DNA from: Haliotis rufescens
Lineage: Eukaryota
DNA: 64,000 nt
Assembly (NCBI RefSeq): GCF_023055435.1
Contig: NW_025964346.1
Span: 2,418,001-2,482,000, forward strand
Direction of reading: 5' to 3'
Positions 63,959 through 64,000 of this stretch are shown here, one piece after another (within the stretch, counting starts at the first letter, position 1; every line of letters starts with the position of its first letter). The position numbers were made by a program, and so were the translations under genes. Under the pieces are notes generated by a model. The model made no database searches and was not told where the DNA came from. It worked only from the letters and a program-made list of their open reading frames with translations.

Positions 63959-64000
63959 GAAGGGCGTGGCACAGTCACCAGACCCGCCTTTACTATCTGG

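Overview
Eukaryotic, repeat-rich DNA from a mollusc, most likely a gastropod such as abalone (Haliotis). That assignment is inferred from the Nin-type, Meta/MESC-type and tRNA-derived SINEs and is not proven. The window holds a tandem cluster of four spliced, apparently intact TNF-superfamily ligand genes (type II membrane proteins), which I reconstructed by hand from splice sites and reading phases. TNF-1 is on + (6910-12254); TNF-2 (22907-45218), TNF-3 (51584-55545) and TNF-4 (59100-63958) are on -. The most striking observation concerns the convergent pair TNF-1/TNF-2. They share only 14/41 residues in the penultimate exon, yet carry a 195-nt tract in the last exon with just 6 mismatches, which points to inter-paralog gene conversion of the TNF-domain core and creates an inverted repeat able to flip the ~11 kb between them. 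The rest of the window is SINEs, decayed Tc1, Gypsy, BEL, LINE and Penelope-like elements, a MITE, and many minisatellites and satellites. Most long ORFs in the supplied track are repeat artefacts.
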